Shown: one piece after another, positions 11,851-26,000 of the stretch
Layout of the letters: the number at the start of each line of letters is the position of its first letter
How positions within the stretch are numbered: the first letter of the stretch is position 1
Source of the DNA: Octopus bimaculoides
Taxonomy: Eukaryota
NCBI RefSeq assembly: GCF_001194135.2
Contig: NC_068983.1
Coordinates: 135,923,328 to 135,984,980 of the forward strand
Direction of reading: 5' to 3'
DNA length: 61,653 bases
Made by a program: the position numbers and the translations under genes
Notes under the pieces: model-generated
Databases searched by the model: none
What the model was told of the DNA's origin: nothing
What the model saw: only the letters and a program-made list of their open reading frames with translations

Positions 11851-13814
11851 TTTATAAGAATGGGTAATAATTAGGGAACTTGAAGATAGCTGATGATGAT
11901 AGTGATGGTCAAAGTGCCAGTGATAGTTTTGGGTTATAGTCTTTTAAAGAAGGACATAAAATACAGTTAATAAACAAACAGAAAATATCAGAAATAGAAG
12001 CAAGACAAATTATATCACTGTTATAACAATGCCATATCTTTATATATGTTGTATATTTCCATGTTTAAACACACAATCATTGGGAATAGCAAACTACCAC
12101 CTTTCTTACAGATGAAAGAGAAACCATGCTGGAATGGACTTACATGTGAAAAGCTTCAGTTTCATTGGTTTTCACTAACCAATAAAACCAGACAGAGTAA
12201 TGCATGTGAAATCTTAAATATTATTTTAATTCTACACTTTCATCATCGTCACTTTTATTCTCGAATGATTAACTTGATTGACAAATCTCTCTGGGGTATT
12301 TTCTTCTGTTCAATAACCATTCACATGCTACGTGCTTCACCTGGCTGTTAATCGTTTGAAATTAAAATTCATTTTTACTTAATTCATCATCCTGCACTTT
12401 TTTCACTGTGACAACACTTCATTAGATACTATAAGTTGACACTATTGATGTCATTCTCCCTGCCATTCAACAGAAGACTCCCAGCTACTTTAATTCAAAT
12501 CTTCTGCCAACATTCTTCTAAATACATCTACTTCTTCTATTTGTCTCCAAATTCTATCAACAACTTTTTGACTATATCTCTTCCTTGCTCAAGGACATAA
12601 ATCTTACTTTCCCTTGAAGTCATTGTTCTCTGTGCTATTTATTAACACTCGCAACTTTTCTTAACTTGCAGACTCATCCCATACTGATGCCACTGGTACA
12701 GAAACTGAACCTTTTGCTGTCCTCAACATCAACTGGTTTCATCCTCAGTATGCATCACTGACCAACAGACATTTCATATATCCTTGATCTTTTTTTTTTT
12801 CATGCCTCCAAACCATCACAGCTTCTTCACCTACAGGGCTGCCCAACAACTACCTTATTGTACCTACCTCACATACTACGCAATGTCCTCTCCCCATAGG
12901 CTTCAATTTAGATGTTTGCATTGAGGCTTTGCCAATTCTATGCTATCTTTGGCAGCATAGGTACTTCACTACAACCCATCAGGAACAGCTAAGCAGGAGA
13001 GTAAAACCATATTTTTGTCCCTTCTCTTCCCACACACAACCAAATCTCATAGCCCAAATATCCCAAGTAGTTCATTTATGGCTGAATTATAGTAGTTCAG
13101 GTAAAAATACATAGCTCAAAATGTTTGGCAAAAAACAAAAAAAAAAAATCACCCTACACTCTAGAAGCTGGGTGGGTTTTATCTAGCACAAGGACATGTG
13201 CATGATCATAAAATAAAATGGCAAGATGATGATCTTGCCAGTATTGCTGAGCTCAGCAAAAGCCATTCAGTGTGTAGGGTATAGGTGATTTCCATGCTGT
13301 CGCAAGCTCTCCAACATACAAAATGCAACCAATCTTTTTAGTCTTATGATAAAAGGATCTCTACCAATTTTGTGGAATCTTTTTTCATTCCAGGTATCAA
13401 CCATAATAGTCCTGTTTTCCTGCAAGAAAAACTTTACATTTGCTTTTAAATCCTCACTAAACAGACCTTCTCCAACACTATCCATTTCTACTTTATCTTG
13501 CTCACCACTATATATCATCAGTGGATCATATTCTGTCTTTGATAGGGTCTTTGTTCAGGTCACATTCAAAATGAAATGAAGCATGTGCATATAGGTGCCA
13601 CCTAGTAGTTTCAAGCTTTCTCACACTTGAAAGTTACAAAATAAGGAAATTCTAAGCTTTCAGCTCATCTATATGAGCAGTCATCAAAAGACTGTAGTCC
13701 TTTTTGAGATAAGCCTAGTCAGAACAAATATAATAACAGTTTCCAATATAACAGCTTTGGAAAAGTTAATACTGGAAGCAATTTAAAGAAAGAGAATGTA
13801 AAAAATTATGTTGC

Positions 13815-13820
13815 TTTATT
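13815..13820 (-). terminator. Candidate ECHS1 polyadenylation signal AATAAA
   Basis: AATAAA on the minus strand about 150 nt after the ECHS1 stop; AT-rich context weakens the call. Confidence 0.4.
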
Positions 13821-13969
13821 AATTATCATTTTTACAGATACTGCAAAACTAAATTAAAGAGCAGAGCAACTTGATTGATTTCCAAAGTTAAGTGAGCCAA
13901 TCAAAAAATATCATCATCATCTATGTTATCAATTAACAGCTGTTCTCATCATAGTACGCACTAAGTTAT

Positions 13970-14035
13970 TTAACTGTCAGTAAATTCTGCTGGTCTCTTT
14001 TCAACAAATGCTGTCATTCCTTCTTTTCGATCATT
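13970..14035 (-). CDS. ECHS1: ECHS1 exon 8 (66 nt, stop)
   Basis: ttccag|[21 protein letters not shown]. Confidence 0.95.
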   Translation of the reverse strand, partial: NDRKEGMTAFVEKRPAEFTDS

Positions 14036-17000
14036 CTGGAAAATAAGTAAAGTAAAAATTTAATTAGGATAAATTAATTGCAATGAACAACACACAATAG
14101 TAACTACCTCACTTACTCTCTCATCCTCTCCTCAAAGTTCTAGATCTACATGTAATGTACAACATTCTTCTAAAAAAACTTCCACCCTATAAGTTTCTTA
14201 GCCTCCATTTGATACCTGTAACAGAGTATGTTATTAGTGCTGTTGCACTGCTGAAGACTAGGACCTAAGACTCCCAAAGACTGCAGTTAATGTTGATAAC
14301 TGCAGGAAAAATAAGGGTTAGGACAGAATTCCAAAGGGATGATATTCTGAGAAGTAAGAATTAAGAACAAGTTGTTGATGGTGGGATGGAGATTGAACAT
14401 GGCATAGACGAGGAGAAAAGAAATGAGGAGTGACTTTACTTTAGTGGGCCTAAATAAAGCGGGGCAAAGGAGATGCTGTAAAGATGCATCAAACTGATAG
14501 ACCAAATTATGAAAGTAAGAGAAAGCAATGTAGCACAACTAATTAAGAAAAGAATTTGCTTAGTTGAGACAAAATTCAGATTTATGTCTGGATGGGGTAC
14601 CAGTGATAACCTCTTCCTAGTGAGACAATTCTATGAGAGGTTCTGTAGTCTGGAGACACTAAAAAAAAATCTAGGTGAAGAAAAATGGCTTTTGAAAACA
14701 ATGTATTGAGATGTCACCATCAAGGCAAGAGTTAGGAATGAAATCAGTGAAGAATTTAGCTGGTAGTGTCCACAGTTCAGTTCTCAGCACCTTCCTGTAC
14801 ATTATAGTTGTCTAGACCAGGGGGTCTGCAAGGATAAGACAGGGGGTCCGTGGACAGCAAATACTTTTTATGGGCAATTTGATTTTATATATGTTTTTTA
14901 ATCGAAATCTTTTAATTGACAATAAACCTATTTGTTAAATACTGTTAAATAAACAGATGTAAAAATATATTTATTTTAAGCAAATATTTATGTATAAATT
15001 TCCTAAGTGTTTATAAGGGGGTCCCTAAGGTAAAGCCTGAAATATAAAGGGGTCCGCAAGTCAAAAAGTTTGAAAACCCCTGGTCTAGACCATAACAAAG
15101 GTGTCTAAAACTAGGAACTCATGTATGGTAATGAGTTGGTACTTGTGGTTGAATCTATTCAAGAATTAGTGAAGAAATTCCAAATTTGGAAGCAATGCCT
15201 AGAATCTAGAGGCTGCACAAGTAAACCTAGCAGAGACAAAAGTTTTAGTTAGCAAGAAAGCAGGACTTGGGAATATCATGGATGAGCTGACAACACTATG
15301 TAGTAGATGTATAGGAATGGTGAGTAATAGCAGCACTCATGAAGTAAATTATTTTAAATGTAAGAAGACTCCTGCAAAGTAGTTGATAGCTTCCATTACC
15401 TAGGTAGTCTAATTAGTGGAGTGGAGTCGGATACCAAAGCAGTACGAGTAAGAATAGATGTATGAAATGCAATGTTGTATAGAACTTAATGTATGAATGC
15501 GTGGGGGTGGATAAGAACATAAATGAGCTGAAAAAAGAAAAGACTGGATATAAGATGAATCAGATGTGGTATGCAAGAGAGAAGGTACAAGTACAGTGTA
15601 TTTGATCTGTATAAATGGAAGGCAAAAGCTGATTTCACAAGGCTGAACTTTACAAAAGAGATGGCAGGACTGCAACAAATGGTGAGACACTGTGCTCCTG
15701 AAAAAGACTCATACAACCAATGCAATCATAGAAAAATGGACATATATGCTTTTTAAAGCTTAGTCAGGAGATGGAACAGTGTGTTTAATCTTTGCAAGCC
15801 CTTTGTGAGCACGATTTGATATGGTTGATGTTCAGTTTCAACATCTCTTAACTGATGTCTGCAGGGAAAATGTGGAGAGGAAAGAAAATTCCAAAGAGAA
15901 GGATTAGCTGTAAGGCACTTTACTTTTTTTTTTTTACACTAACACCATTTGTTTCAGATTTTCAACAATTTACAATAATTACATTCCTGATGGCAAGTGA
16001 CAAAGGAGTTGTCTGGAACTCAGTGCAGAATTACCATCATCATCATTCATTGTCATTTTAATGTCCACTTTTCCATGCTCACATGGGTTGGAAAGAAGTT
16101 GTGGAGGCAGACATTTTATTGCTTGATGTCCTTCTTGTCATCACCCCTCACCGGTTTTCAAGCAAAATAATATTTCCCCATGACCAGACATGTCTCAAAA
16201 GATTGGAAACAAAGAATACCACTTACACTACAATGATATTGACAATTATCATGCAATGTCATGGCAAGAAAACAGTAACACACACACACACAATGGCTTC
16301 TTTTCAGTTTTTGCCTACTTAATCCACTCACAAGACTTTGGTTACTCTGGAGCTATAGTAGACATTTGGCCAAGGTGCCATCCAGTAGGACTGAACCTGA
16401 AACCATGTGATTGGAAAGCAATTTTGTGCATATCATATCGGATTAATAAACTTACAGTAGCAAAAGTACTGTGAAACACCCTCTTCTCAAAGTGACAACC
16501 TTCTTGGAGAGTCATCTCAAATGCTGAAACAGATAAAAAAAATACAGAAGATGAATAAATAAGCATAAATTATATGGTGGTGGTGGTGATGGTAGACATA
16601 GAGGTAGTGATACAGATTATTGTTGGGGTTTAACCCAGGTCAAGTTTAAATGGGCAGCAGGCAGAAGATCAAAGGTATTCTTGCTGTAACCATTCTATCT
16701 TTATTTTAATATTACATTATCCATTATCTTTCCATTTTCAGGAAAGATAATGGATAAAGGAGGGAGATATGAGGTGGTAGTAATTGTAGTAGTGGTAGTA
16801 ATAATAACAGTGGTGGTGACAAGAATGATGATGATGGTTACAGTATTGGTGTTAATATGGCAGTTATGATAGAGGTGAAAGTAGAGTTGATGGTAATGAT
16901 AGGACTAAAGTTAATGTTGGTATTAGGGGAAGTTTAAGAAGAATGATTTGATAATGAAAATAGATAAGATGGTAGTTATAATGATTATGTTGGTGAAGGT

Positions 17001-20000
17001 GAAGATAGCAAGCATGGTAGTATATATTAGTATTAAGGAAGTAATAAATATAGAAACTATGGTAATGGTTATGAAGATCATAATGAAAATGCTGGTAGTG
17101 GAAACCACTATTGCCATTGATGTTGAGCAACTTTGATTAACTGTGCTTGGATAGACAATTGAGTATCCAATTGTCTATCCAAGGAAGTATCCAACTGAGA
17201 ATATGGGAACTATCAACATGACAAGCATCCTAAATGTCCTAGTTTGGACTAGGACTAAACTGTTGACTGTGTTAAGAGCACTATGATATTTAGGGCATGT
17301 TGTATTTGTTTTATAGCAAGAGACCACATAACTTAGCAATGAAAAACAAGCAAGTTAGAGAATGATTTACATGTCCTGTTTTTCTGGATCACTTAGCAGT
17401 TAATAAGTAGCAGAAACTGGAAAAAAAAACACCAACAGATATCTTGTTAGCCTACAGAGTCAAGATTAACTTCCTGTGAGAATTGACTGGAAAGAGATGA
17501 ATATCACCAGTTAACTTGCTCTAGGTACACTATATGAATACCAAATCTTCAGTAATGCTTCTATGATCTAACAGATTTTGAGACCCACTTATTCATATGT
17601 AATCAAAGGTTCTAATAGTGGAAACGACAAGGATGGCAAGATTGATTCTATGCACAACTTTAACTCTAACACTGTAGGTCTTAAGGAACAATTGATACTG
17701 CACCATTTTGGTGCGTGTGTGTTTTATGTTTGTCTGAATCACGGGGAAAAAATAGTGATTTTAACATGTTATGATGTCTATGTCTGCAAGATGAAATTCA
17801 CAAATGTAATTTTAGTCAATATATAGCTCCTTATAGATCTAAGTGTATTAATTTTTGTGCATGGTATACATGTGCAAGCAGTGCATTATGATGTAAAAAG
17901 AATGTATATTTCTTAAATTTCATAAGACATTTAGGAACTAGTACATAACTCTTTCACAGTATCAAGCAGATGAAATAAATTTACCCTTGATATATTGCCA
18001 GTTGTTCTTAGGGCAAAATCTGCACATGATCTGATATTATTCCAAACAGGTAAATGAACTGAGGTTTACAATGAATCAGAACCCAAGATCTGCCAGTTGG
18101 TAGTTCAATACAATATCCACTCAGCCATTTCACTTCTCTTGTACTCTGGCTAAAAAATTAAGTTAAATTAAATTAAACTAGAAAACTCACCTGCATTGAC
18201 AGCTTCTTTGCACATCATTGTTATCAATTTAGATTGATTGGCAATTGTCTCGGCTGTTTTCAATGTTGCTGACATCAGTTCATCTGCCGGGACCACTTTA
18301 CTTACCAGACCTGAAAACAACAGCACCTTAATATCATCATCGACATTAGTTTTACATCAATATACTTTTTTTTCTTGCAGTGATACTTTGCACATATTTG
18401 CAATACTGCAGCTTTCCATGTATATTGACTGCTGACGCATGTTATGGAGCTGTAGTAAGTGTTGTTGTTATTTAAGCATTCCTATAATGAAAGGGATTCC
18501 AGTTGTGACCATCCCATCTTATTCAAATAGTGTATCCTGAACAATGTTATCAAATATCTGCTTCCCTTTATACGATGGAAGAGTAAAATTTGAGTGATTT
18601 AGCTGCTGTTTTCAGCACCTCAAACAGTCATTTAAAGGGCTCATTGGCACATACACTGGTGTCTCCAAGTGGTGGACAAAAAATCAATCTGAAGAGAAGT
18701 GACTTTTACTATAATATATTCAGCGTAGAATGGTTTTGTTAGTGCTATAAGACATTCCTGTTTCTTACTGGTTTGACCTTGAGGAATGGGCTGTACTTAG
18801 TCTTTAAAAGACCTTTGAGACTGGTGAGATTGATATGGCTAATATTTCCTCCACTTGAACAGCTGTAAGTCATTGGCTTAATGCATGATATCTATTGCAA
18901 TTTGTCCTATTGGAGTAATTCCTGTTCCTCCAGATTATATAATGGCTTTAAAAAATTACTTATTTTCTTGTTTTAAAAATGTAATTAAACCTTGTACCAC
19001 CAACTCTCTTAGTGATTTCAACTATTGGTCTGCAATCATCCTGGGGCATCATCTTCAAGGGGTTTTAGTCAATCATGTTGACCCTAGTTTTTATTTCAGT
19101 CTAGTACTTATTGATCTCTATTTACTGGATGGCAAAGTTACCATTTGATGCAAAAGGATGCAATTTAATGTAGTTTTACATACACAAGAAAAACAAACAA
19201 ACACTAACACATATATGCAATGGGATTCAACACAGTTTCCGCTAAATTTCACTAACATGACATTGGTCAACATGGAGCTACAAATGAAGGCAATTGCCCA
19301 AGGTACTGTGCAATGGGTAAACACTTTAACCCAATAGCTATATGACAGTATAAATAAAGGCAAAGAGGGTTTTTTTGTTTTTGTTTTTTTTTATCTGCCA
19401 AAATAAGAAGACATTACAAGTGTCAACCATCTTAACTTGTAAGAGATCAAGAAACACTGTACAAAAAGAAACGTTTTCCCCAAACTATAACAAAAATATT
19501 GTTGGCATACCTGACTTTTCTGCTTCAGCTGCTGTTATCCTATTTCCTGTAAGAACTATTTCCATAGCTTTGGACTTCCCAACAGCTCGAGTAAGGCGCT
19601 GTGTACCACCAGCTCCTATTTAAAAAAATACAAATGAAAATTAAACAATCAGTTTTTCCTTTTTTTTTTACTTTAAATTACAATAAAATATACTTTATCT
19701 TTAAAAAGTCATAATTGTGACAGAAATATCAAGATATACAGATGGGTGCAGATATATGGGTGTGTGTGTGTGTGTGTAACAATGTGCATGACTGTTGTTA
19801 TTTCAGTTTCAATATTTTTATAAATATGGTTGGCTGTCTGAAAAAAAAAAAACAGATTTTATAGCTTAGCCAGAGAAGGAGGGGCTCTTAAAACTAACCA
19901 AGGAAAGAGAGGAAGAAACATTGAGAGTCACACATTTCTATGTAGGATACTGCATCAATAAATTGACCTGGTTCAAATGCTTGCAACAGAGCAAACTTCA

Positions 20001-23000
20001 CAAAACACACCATATGGTCAGTTGGGTATGTTAAACTGGGTTATGGATTATGTCTAGCATCCAATAACAGGTAAAGTTCATCTGGTGTGCTTCTACATAA
20101 TTCCTATCTACCCAATTTCACTCAGAAACCTTGGGGCAAACAAAGGCTAATCTAAATGAAAGACACTAGTCCAAAATGCCATGCAGTGGGATTGAACTAA
20201 GAACCTAGAAATATCAAGACCATCTGCCTGCCTTGTTGATATACGAGTCACAGTAATTTTTAAAGACAAAGAAACAGCGGTGATGATAATCTTTTGACAT
20301 CTTATTGGCAGAATTGTCAGGATGACATATAGAATGGTTCATGGTATCTTATTCTGACATTTGGCACTCTAAGTTCATATACCCTCCAAAGTCAACTTTC
20401 CCTTTCATCTTTTGGGGTTAATAAAAAATATCAATCCAGAGCAGTGGATCAGTGAAACTGTTAGAATGTCAAACTGAATACCTTCTGGTATTTATTCCAC
20501 CTCTTTGCATTCTGAATTCAAATCCTGCTGTGGCTTACTTTGGTAAGCTTAATCCATAAGGAGCTTAACATCACCCACTGGCCTCTTGAGTGCTTTTAGC
20601 AGACTATTGCAAACATTCAGATAAGGTCTCCAGTTTAACAATATCCTGTCAAGCTAAGTGAAAATCACTAATCTGGGAGGTCTTGTGAAGGGCCATGTAC
20701 ATTACCTTCTCTCCTGATTTAAAAGATAAAAATAATTGTGGTGTGTATGATGATATTAGTAATTTTTCTTACAATATATAAATCTTGTATTAAAGAGAGG
20801 AAGCAGAGAAGGAAGAGAAAGAAAGGAAAGAGAATTACCTGGGATTGTGCCAAGAAGGATCTCTGGTTGGCCAAACTGGGCCTTCTCTGAAGCATAAATG
20901 ATATCACACATCATTGCAATTTCACAGCCTCCACCTAACTGGAAGAAATATTTCATAAAATGTAGAAACATTTCATTTACTTTAAAACAACAAATATGAC
21001 AAACATGAATAATTGTAATATATTTGGTTTTGTTTAAAGTCGGGGATAAAAATTTAGTTTTGCATATTTATTTTATTTTCTTTTGTTTGTTTTATTCACT
21101 ATTTGATATTTTAAACAGATTAAAGTGAGTGCCCTTACCATAAAACAAAAATTGCAATTGAAACATCAAAATTTGCTAAAAAATTTAAAATTCTGGCCTG
21201 AAATGTCTAAACCACAGTGGAATCTACAGACAAAAAAAAGAAATCTATATTTGTACTATTCAAGAATGCAATTCACAACACCTAACAAGTTCAGCATGAT
21301 AAAATCAAATCTCCAATATGCTCATCCTTGTTTTCCTAGTGGTTGAGAAGATACTATAGCAATTGAGAACTTGGACCACATCAGGAGATGTCCTAACAAA
21401 ATTCTTGAAAATCATTTTGACATTTCTACATTGGTTCATGTTAAAAACCTACATGGCAACCCAATCTAACAAAAGAATATTTCATGAACTTTGTATGGCT
21501 CTGTAACCTTCAAACTAGAAAACCAATTGAAAATATTACATTAAAAAATATATATATTGAGATACATGCATGTGAGTTTGATGATGAATTTGAGAATCTC
21601 ATAACAATAGAAATGGTTGGATCTCCATGAGATTCTGTAGCTGCTGTTAGTATAAATACTTTGATAAATGGTTCAGTCAGTAGAAGTCAGAACTTTTAGT
21701 GAATTAAAACTTGCAGAATCTTAACACTATAAATATTAAAAAAAAACCTTTGAAACACGATTGTGATTGGTAAAATTGAGTCCTATTTTCCTCCTTCGCA
21801 AATTCATTCATTTATAATTGTTTTCAATGTTTAACTGATGAAAATAATCATTTAAAGACTACATAGCCATCATAAAGTTGTGAATTATACAAACCATTTT
21901 TTAAGAATGAAAATAAGGAAAAGCAGCTGTAAACATTTATTTGCTGAAGTAACCCATCATCATTTTATGTCTGCTTTTCTATGAATTTGTGAAAAAGATG
22001 GAAGCAGTGAATTTGTGAAAAAGATGGAAGAAATGTTCTAATAACATACTCAAAATGTGCACCACTTGATGAATGTTTCATTTCTAATTACACTTTGATT
22101 AAGTCTCATATCTAAATTTCATTCTAAAATGCACAGAAGTAGCTAAAAGACTTACAGCATAACCATTAACAGCAGCAATTATAGGCTTCTTCAACTTGGT
22201 GATAAGATCCCAGTGACCAAGAAAATTAGAGCCAACAACATTAGCATATTTCTGGTCCTTCATTTCTTTGATATCAGCTCCAGCTTGAAAGTGAAAAAAA
22301 AAAGGAATTCAACCCAATGTTTAGTCAAATTTTTACAAAAAGTGACATAATTTTATTATTTTGTTTGGTCATTGTCTTTACATTCTAGGTTCAAATTCTG
22401 TCAAGGTCGACTTTGCCTTTCATCCTTTCAATGAAACAAGTACCAATTAAACATTGGAGGTCAATGTAATCGACTAACCCTCAGCCTCAAATATCAGGCT
22501 TTGTGCCTATAGTAGAAAGGATTATTTGTTCAGTAAATATATAGAAGCACAGCAGTGTAGTGGATTTGAATCTACTAAGATTCACATCCACTACACAGCA
22601 CCAACAGCAAGTATTTTCGACTATACTCTGAGGTTAACCAATTCCTTATGAATGGAATTTTGGGAACAGAAACTGTAAATAAGCCTGTTATAGAGGCATA
22701 TACACACATATACATGTATATGAACCTTTTGGTAATGCATACCAGCAAAAAAAATAAATAAATAAAAACAACACAAAAACCAATAAACTGGTGCTTTTGA
22801 ATGAAGTTACTTGTTATATTTGTTCCACTAGAATTATACACTCACACCCTTGTCTCTCTCCTTCTCAGCATCATAAATATAATGGTTGGCCAGATAGATA
22901 CCTGCAATAATGTTATTTTTCACAAATATGTAATATATATTTTAAAAAGTAAAGAAAGCAATTAGCCAGCCAAACAACTGCCCAACTTTTTCCATTACTT

Positions 23001-26000
23001 AATTATCTATCTTTAAACTAGTATCTCACCAAAGATTACATGAATTTCTTGGCTAAATAGCTCATCTACCAAATCCACTCACAAGGTTTTGATCAACCTC
23101 AAGCTACAGTAGAAGACACTTGCCCAAGGTGCCACACAGTGAGACTAAACCTGGAACTACGTGATTGTGAAGCAAATTTGTCACCATCCAGCTAATTTTT
23201 TTTTATCCTTCTAATGTTTAAGCCTATGGTAGGTTAGCAATGCAAAGCTGACAATCTTGCAAATACCTCCAGGCATAGTAAATTACATTTTGAGGTTACA
23301 TGATACTTCAGTTAAAGAAAGTAAAAAACTGTCTTATTTACTGCATATTAAATGAATCATGGGAACATGGCAAAAAATGTAATAAACCAACTAAAAATAG
23401 TTCAATATACTTTGTCAAGTTCGTATAATTGTTGAAATGGAGTTGAACCGAAAACGTCTGGGGGATAAGTGGCAACAGGTGGACAATTCTAAGAGGTCAC
23501 AAAATAGAGAACAACAATAAAAAAATGATAAAGCAACAAACAGCATATATTTGATGAAAATTGATGACTGGGTGTTCAAAGCTGAAAATTATGGAAAGAA
23601 AAGGGGAAGTTTTACTCTGCAGTGAGAGAGCAATTGCTAATTTGACAGACTGAAATTAATCCTTACAAAATATAACAGAGAAAAACCCTAATAACTTACC
23701 TGCAAACGCTTTTCCAGTACCAGTTAGAATTAAGCACCCAATAGTAGGGTCAGTATCAAATTCATTAACCACTTGGTTCAATTCGTCAAACAGACCATTA
23801 CATAAGGCATTCAATGATTTGGGTCTATTTAATGTAATGACACCAACATTATTTTTTGCACCCATCTTTTCGACTTTCACATACTCCAGCTCTGCACCTG
23901 CTGAGAACAATAGATAGATAGTTATAAATATAATTTTCTGAAAGTCCAGTGCATAGCTCTGATTTCATGGCATCTAAAAATGAAAGACATTTCTTCTGGC
24001 ATAGGAGACCATTCTATAACAGGTAACTTTCTAATGCAATCTGGTCCTATTCTCAGGAGTCAGCTAATTAAAGTATGTATAAGTGAATTACCAACAGAAG
24101 ATTGAAATCAAAATCCATGAGCTAATTATCAATTTTGCTTCTATATGCCATGACTTGCTTTCTTCTTCTTATTATTATTCAGGTAGTGAGCTGGCAGAAG
24201 CATTACCGCACTGGGAAAAATGCTTAGCAGCATTTCATCCGTCTTTATATTCTGAGTTCAAATTCCATTCATGGTTAACTTTGCTTTTCATCCTTTCAGG
24301 ACTAATAAAATGAGTACTGGGATTGGTGTAATTGGCTTAACCCTTCCCCTGAAATTGCTGGCCTTGGATAAAACTTTGAAATTATTATTATTGAGAGAGA
24401 GTATTGCATGCCATACAAAGCCCAGTATAGCCATCATGACTATCCATCTGATAAGAGTACACCAGGCACATGCATCACAACCATATGTGCACAGCATGGT
24501 GATCTCATATCAAGATAAACAACGCATGACCTTGCAGATGGAGCCCAGTTAGAATTTTCATCAGGTTGAGTAGCCCATCCCACTCAAAAGGTCCCTGAAT
24601 AAGGGTTGTTTAAGGATGTTGAATGAAACACCCATGTTTTCAGAGGTGAATTATTCAAGCCCCAAAGAATTCCTCTCAACACATGGCTATGATGCTCCCC
24701 CACTACTTCTGCTCATGATCAGACACACATATCGTCAGCCACTAAAGGACATACTAAACTAGTTAAGGTCAAACAACTGACAAGCAAATTTGTGGTACTG
24801 AGCAGAATATTTACTGTAGCCCATCTTTTATACCAAAACAAAACAATGTACAGGATAACACATCCAATCAGTTAAGATCAGAAGCCATGAGAGCCATTGC
24901 CTTGTACTGCATCAGGGCATTTATTATTATCATTATCATCATCATTAGCATGCCAGGCAAAATGCTTAGCAGCATTTTGTCTGACCTTATATTCTGAGTT
25001 CAAATTTCACAAGGGTTAACTTTGCCTTTCATCCTTTTGGGGTTGATAAAATAAGTACCAGTTGAGGACTGAAATCATGAAACAATCATGAAACACAAAT
25101 GATTGGCTGAATCAGCAGAAAATGACAAAAGAATTATTCTGTAATATCTCAAACAAGAATACCAATATTTGAATTATTTTTGCAGCAAAATTCAATTTGT
25201 TTAGTAATTGTGAGTTTTTGACTAACAAGGTAAAGAGAGTTGATATTTGATACCATCAGAATGCAACATTTTTTTTTATATATTATGCATTTATGAACCA
25301 TAGCAGAGTTATAGGATTCACTCAAAGAGGGAACTGGAAGCAGTTGACTATAATTGCTCAACGGAAGAGTTTCTGTTTGATTTAAATTGGATAGCTGAGT
25401 GGATAATGTATTGGATTAACTATGAGTGAGTATTTCAAATTCACTGTGAGTATTCAATAATGTAACTGGCTAAAACACTTTATCACTATAACTATTTTTT
25501 AGACACTATCATCTTGCTATCTAATTTAAATCCAACATAGATTCTTCCATTCAGCAATTACAGTGTATCAAGGACTAAGAAGTACACATCAGTACACATG
25601 CCACCCCTCTATATTATCATACTCATCCGTATTTACAATTTGTTTGTAAAATTTCAATTTTTCAACAAGGAAAAAAAAACCAAAAAAAACCCCAGGACTT
25701 CAAGCAGGCTATCCACATGCTAGAAATAACAGCAATAACATAATGAAATTTTGAAAATGCGATTTTTGAAAAATTTTTTCAGAATCGAATCCTCCATAAC
25801 CAAAAACGTGGGTTTCTGTAAAAAAAAATCAATATAAATCCATTTCACCCGAATTTATGACGGAAAAATCGGATCTTATGAATTTTCCAGGGTAACAAGT
25901 GCGAGTTGCACCTGTAGTGAAATTTCTTAACACCTGTTACACAAAAAGACACGATATCACAAGTGAAACACCTTTTATCATAGGTCTGCTCTGCCAAGGC

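Noticed and set aside
16864-17136. Overlapping ORFs on both strands
   Set aside because: Produced by degenerate trinucleotide low-complexity sequence inside an ECHS1 intron.
20280-20358. TGATGA..CTGA resembling a C/D snoRNA in an ECHS1 intron
   Set aside because: No terminal stem, and the region is a decayed SINE family A head.
25149-25380. Alternative candidates for ECHS1 exon 1 (MVSNINSL..; ..LPVPSL)
   Set aside because: Weak donors or no ATG and no presequence character; 27899-27785 is much better.
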